A DNA stretch of 64,000 nt from Felis catus (lineage: Eukaryota), in contig NC_058368.1 in the NCBI RefSeq assembly GCF_018350175.1, positions 124,808,001 to 124,872,000 of the forward strand. Direction: 5' to 3'. Positions 63,316 to 64,000 of the stretch are shown piece after piece; the first letter of the stretch is position 1; every line of letters begins with the position of its first letter. Below the pieces are notes generated by a model, which did not search any database, was not told where the DNA came from, and saw nothing but the letters and a program-made list of their open reading frames with translations. Position numbers and translations under genes: made by a program.

Positions 63316-63569
63316 TCCACCAATCAAAGGCACTATCCCCAGATTTTGAACAGGATGTCAAAAGAAGGATGTGGCAAAGAAGGATACAGAAATAGGGACT
63401 GGTGAAGAGAAGGGGAAGGAAAAGAGAGTTGATTAGACCTTCTTAGTTGAGATATGACTTAGAATCACAGGAAATAACCCAGGGGCTTTACAAAAAATAT
63501 TTAGGGTATGGGGCTTTTATTTTATCTCTTACTGTTGAGGCACTGAACATTATTGATTCAGGGTCAGTC

Positions 63570-63695
63570 TTTGACTCTTGGCCAGACTGCAAGCTCCATG
63601 AAGAGAGAAATCTTCATTGGCCTGTTCAACACTGTACCCTTGGACCTATCCTAGTGCCTAGAGACAGCAACTACTCAAAACTGTTTGTTGAATGA
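63570..63695 (+). mobile_element. L2 3' end
   Basis: ccagactgcaagctccatgaag...cctagtgccta...actcaaaactgtttgttgaatgaa. Confidence 0.75.
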
Positions 63696-64000
63696 AGTCA
63701 TTTTTGTAAAGGAACACATCGGTCATTATTTGCAAATAGGACCATTTTGGTTTGAGCTTTATCCTGACCAAATTAAGCATTGCTCAGTGTAGGAACTTAG
63801 AGGAAACCCCAGGCTAAGAGAAGCATTATAATAACCAAAGAGGACTTAACTTCAGGTTTGACTGCAATTGGAATAAATCACAACATTGGACATTTCTCTA
63901 ACAATGAAGGATCTAGTGACTGACATTTTGGCTATGAGAGTGATAACCTCCAATCATAGAAATTCTCATACACCATGCCAAGATAAGCTGGGATATAGGT

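Noticed and set aside
1..64000. Inferring host-gene identity or strand from L1 orientation bias
   Set aside because: Too few elements with mixed orientation, and no exon was identified.

Overview
This window is AT-rich, CpG-poor mammalian non-coding DNA, almost certainly from a cat-family (Felidae) genome. It carries many tRNA-derived carnivore CanSINEs, including the young felid-type form starting GGGGCGCCTGGGTGGCGCAGTCGGTTAAGCGTCCGACTTCAGCCAGGTCACG, plus felid/carnivore LINE-1 3' fragments. I found no intact protein-coding gene, convincing exon, RNA gene, CpG island or CRISPR-like array. The recognisable ORFs in the track are pieces of decayed L1 ORF2 or ERVL gag, or artefacts of SINEs and microsatellites; the rest I could not assign. 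The window reads as intronic or intergenic. It holds about 20 CanSINEs, 5 relatively young 5'-truncated L1s (one with a twin-priming inversion), older L1M, L2 and MIR fragments, MLT1, MLT2, LTR16 and LTR33-type LTRs, a MaLR/ERVL internal relic with gag and pol homology, and hAT DNA transposons (Charlie1a-like, MER5). I did not find a new biological system. The most unusual signals are mutational: a 53-bp insertion inside an L1 that contains an exact 35-bp copy of sequence 1.17 kb away, several fold-back or stutter repair-like scars, a triple nested SINE with three TSD pairs, an ERVL>L1>SINE nest, and a closely spaced near-identical inverted SINE pair. Subfamily names are from memory of consensus sequences, and boundaries of old repeats are approximate.
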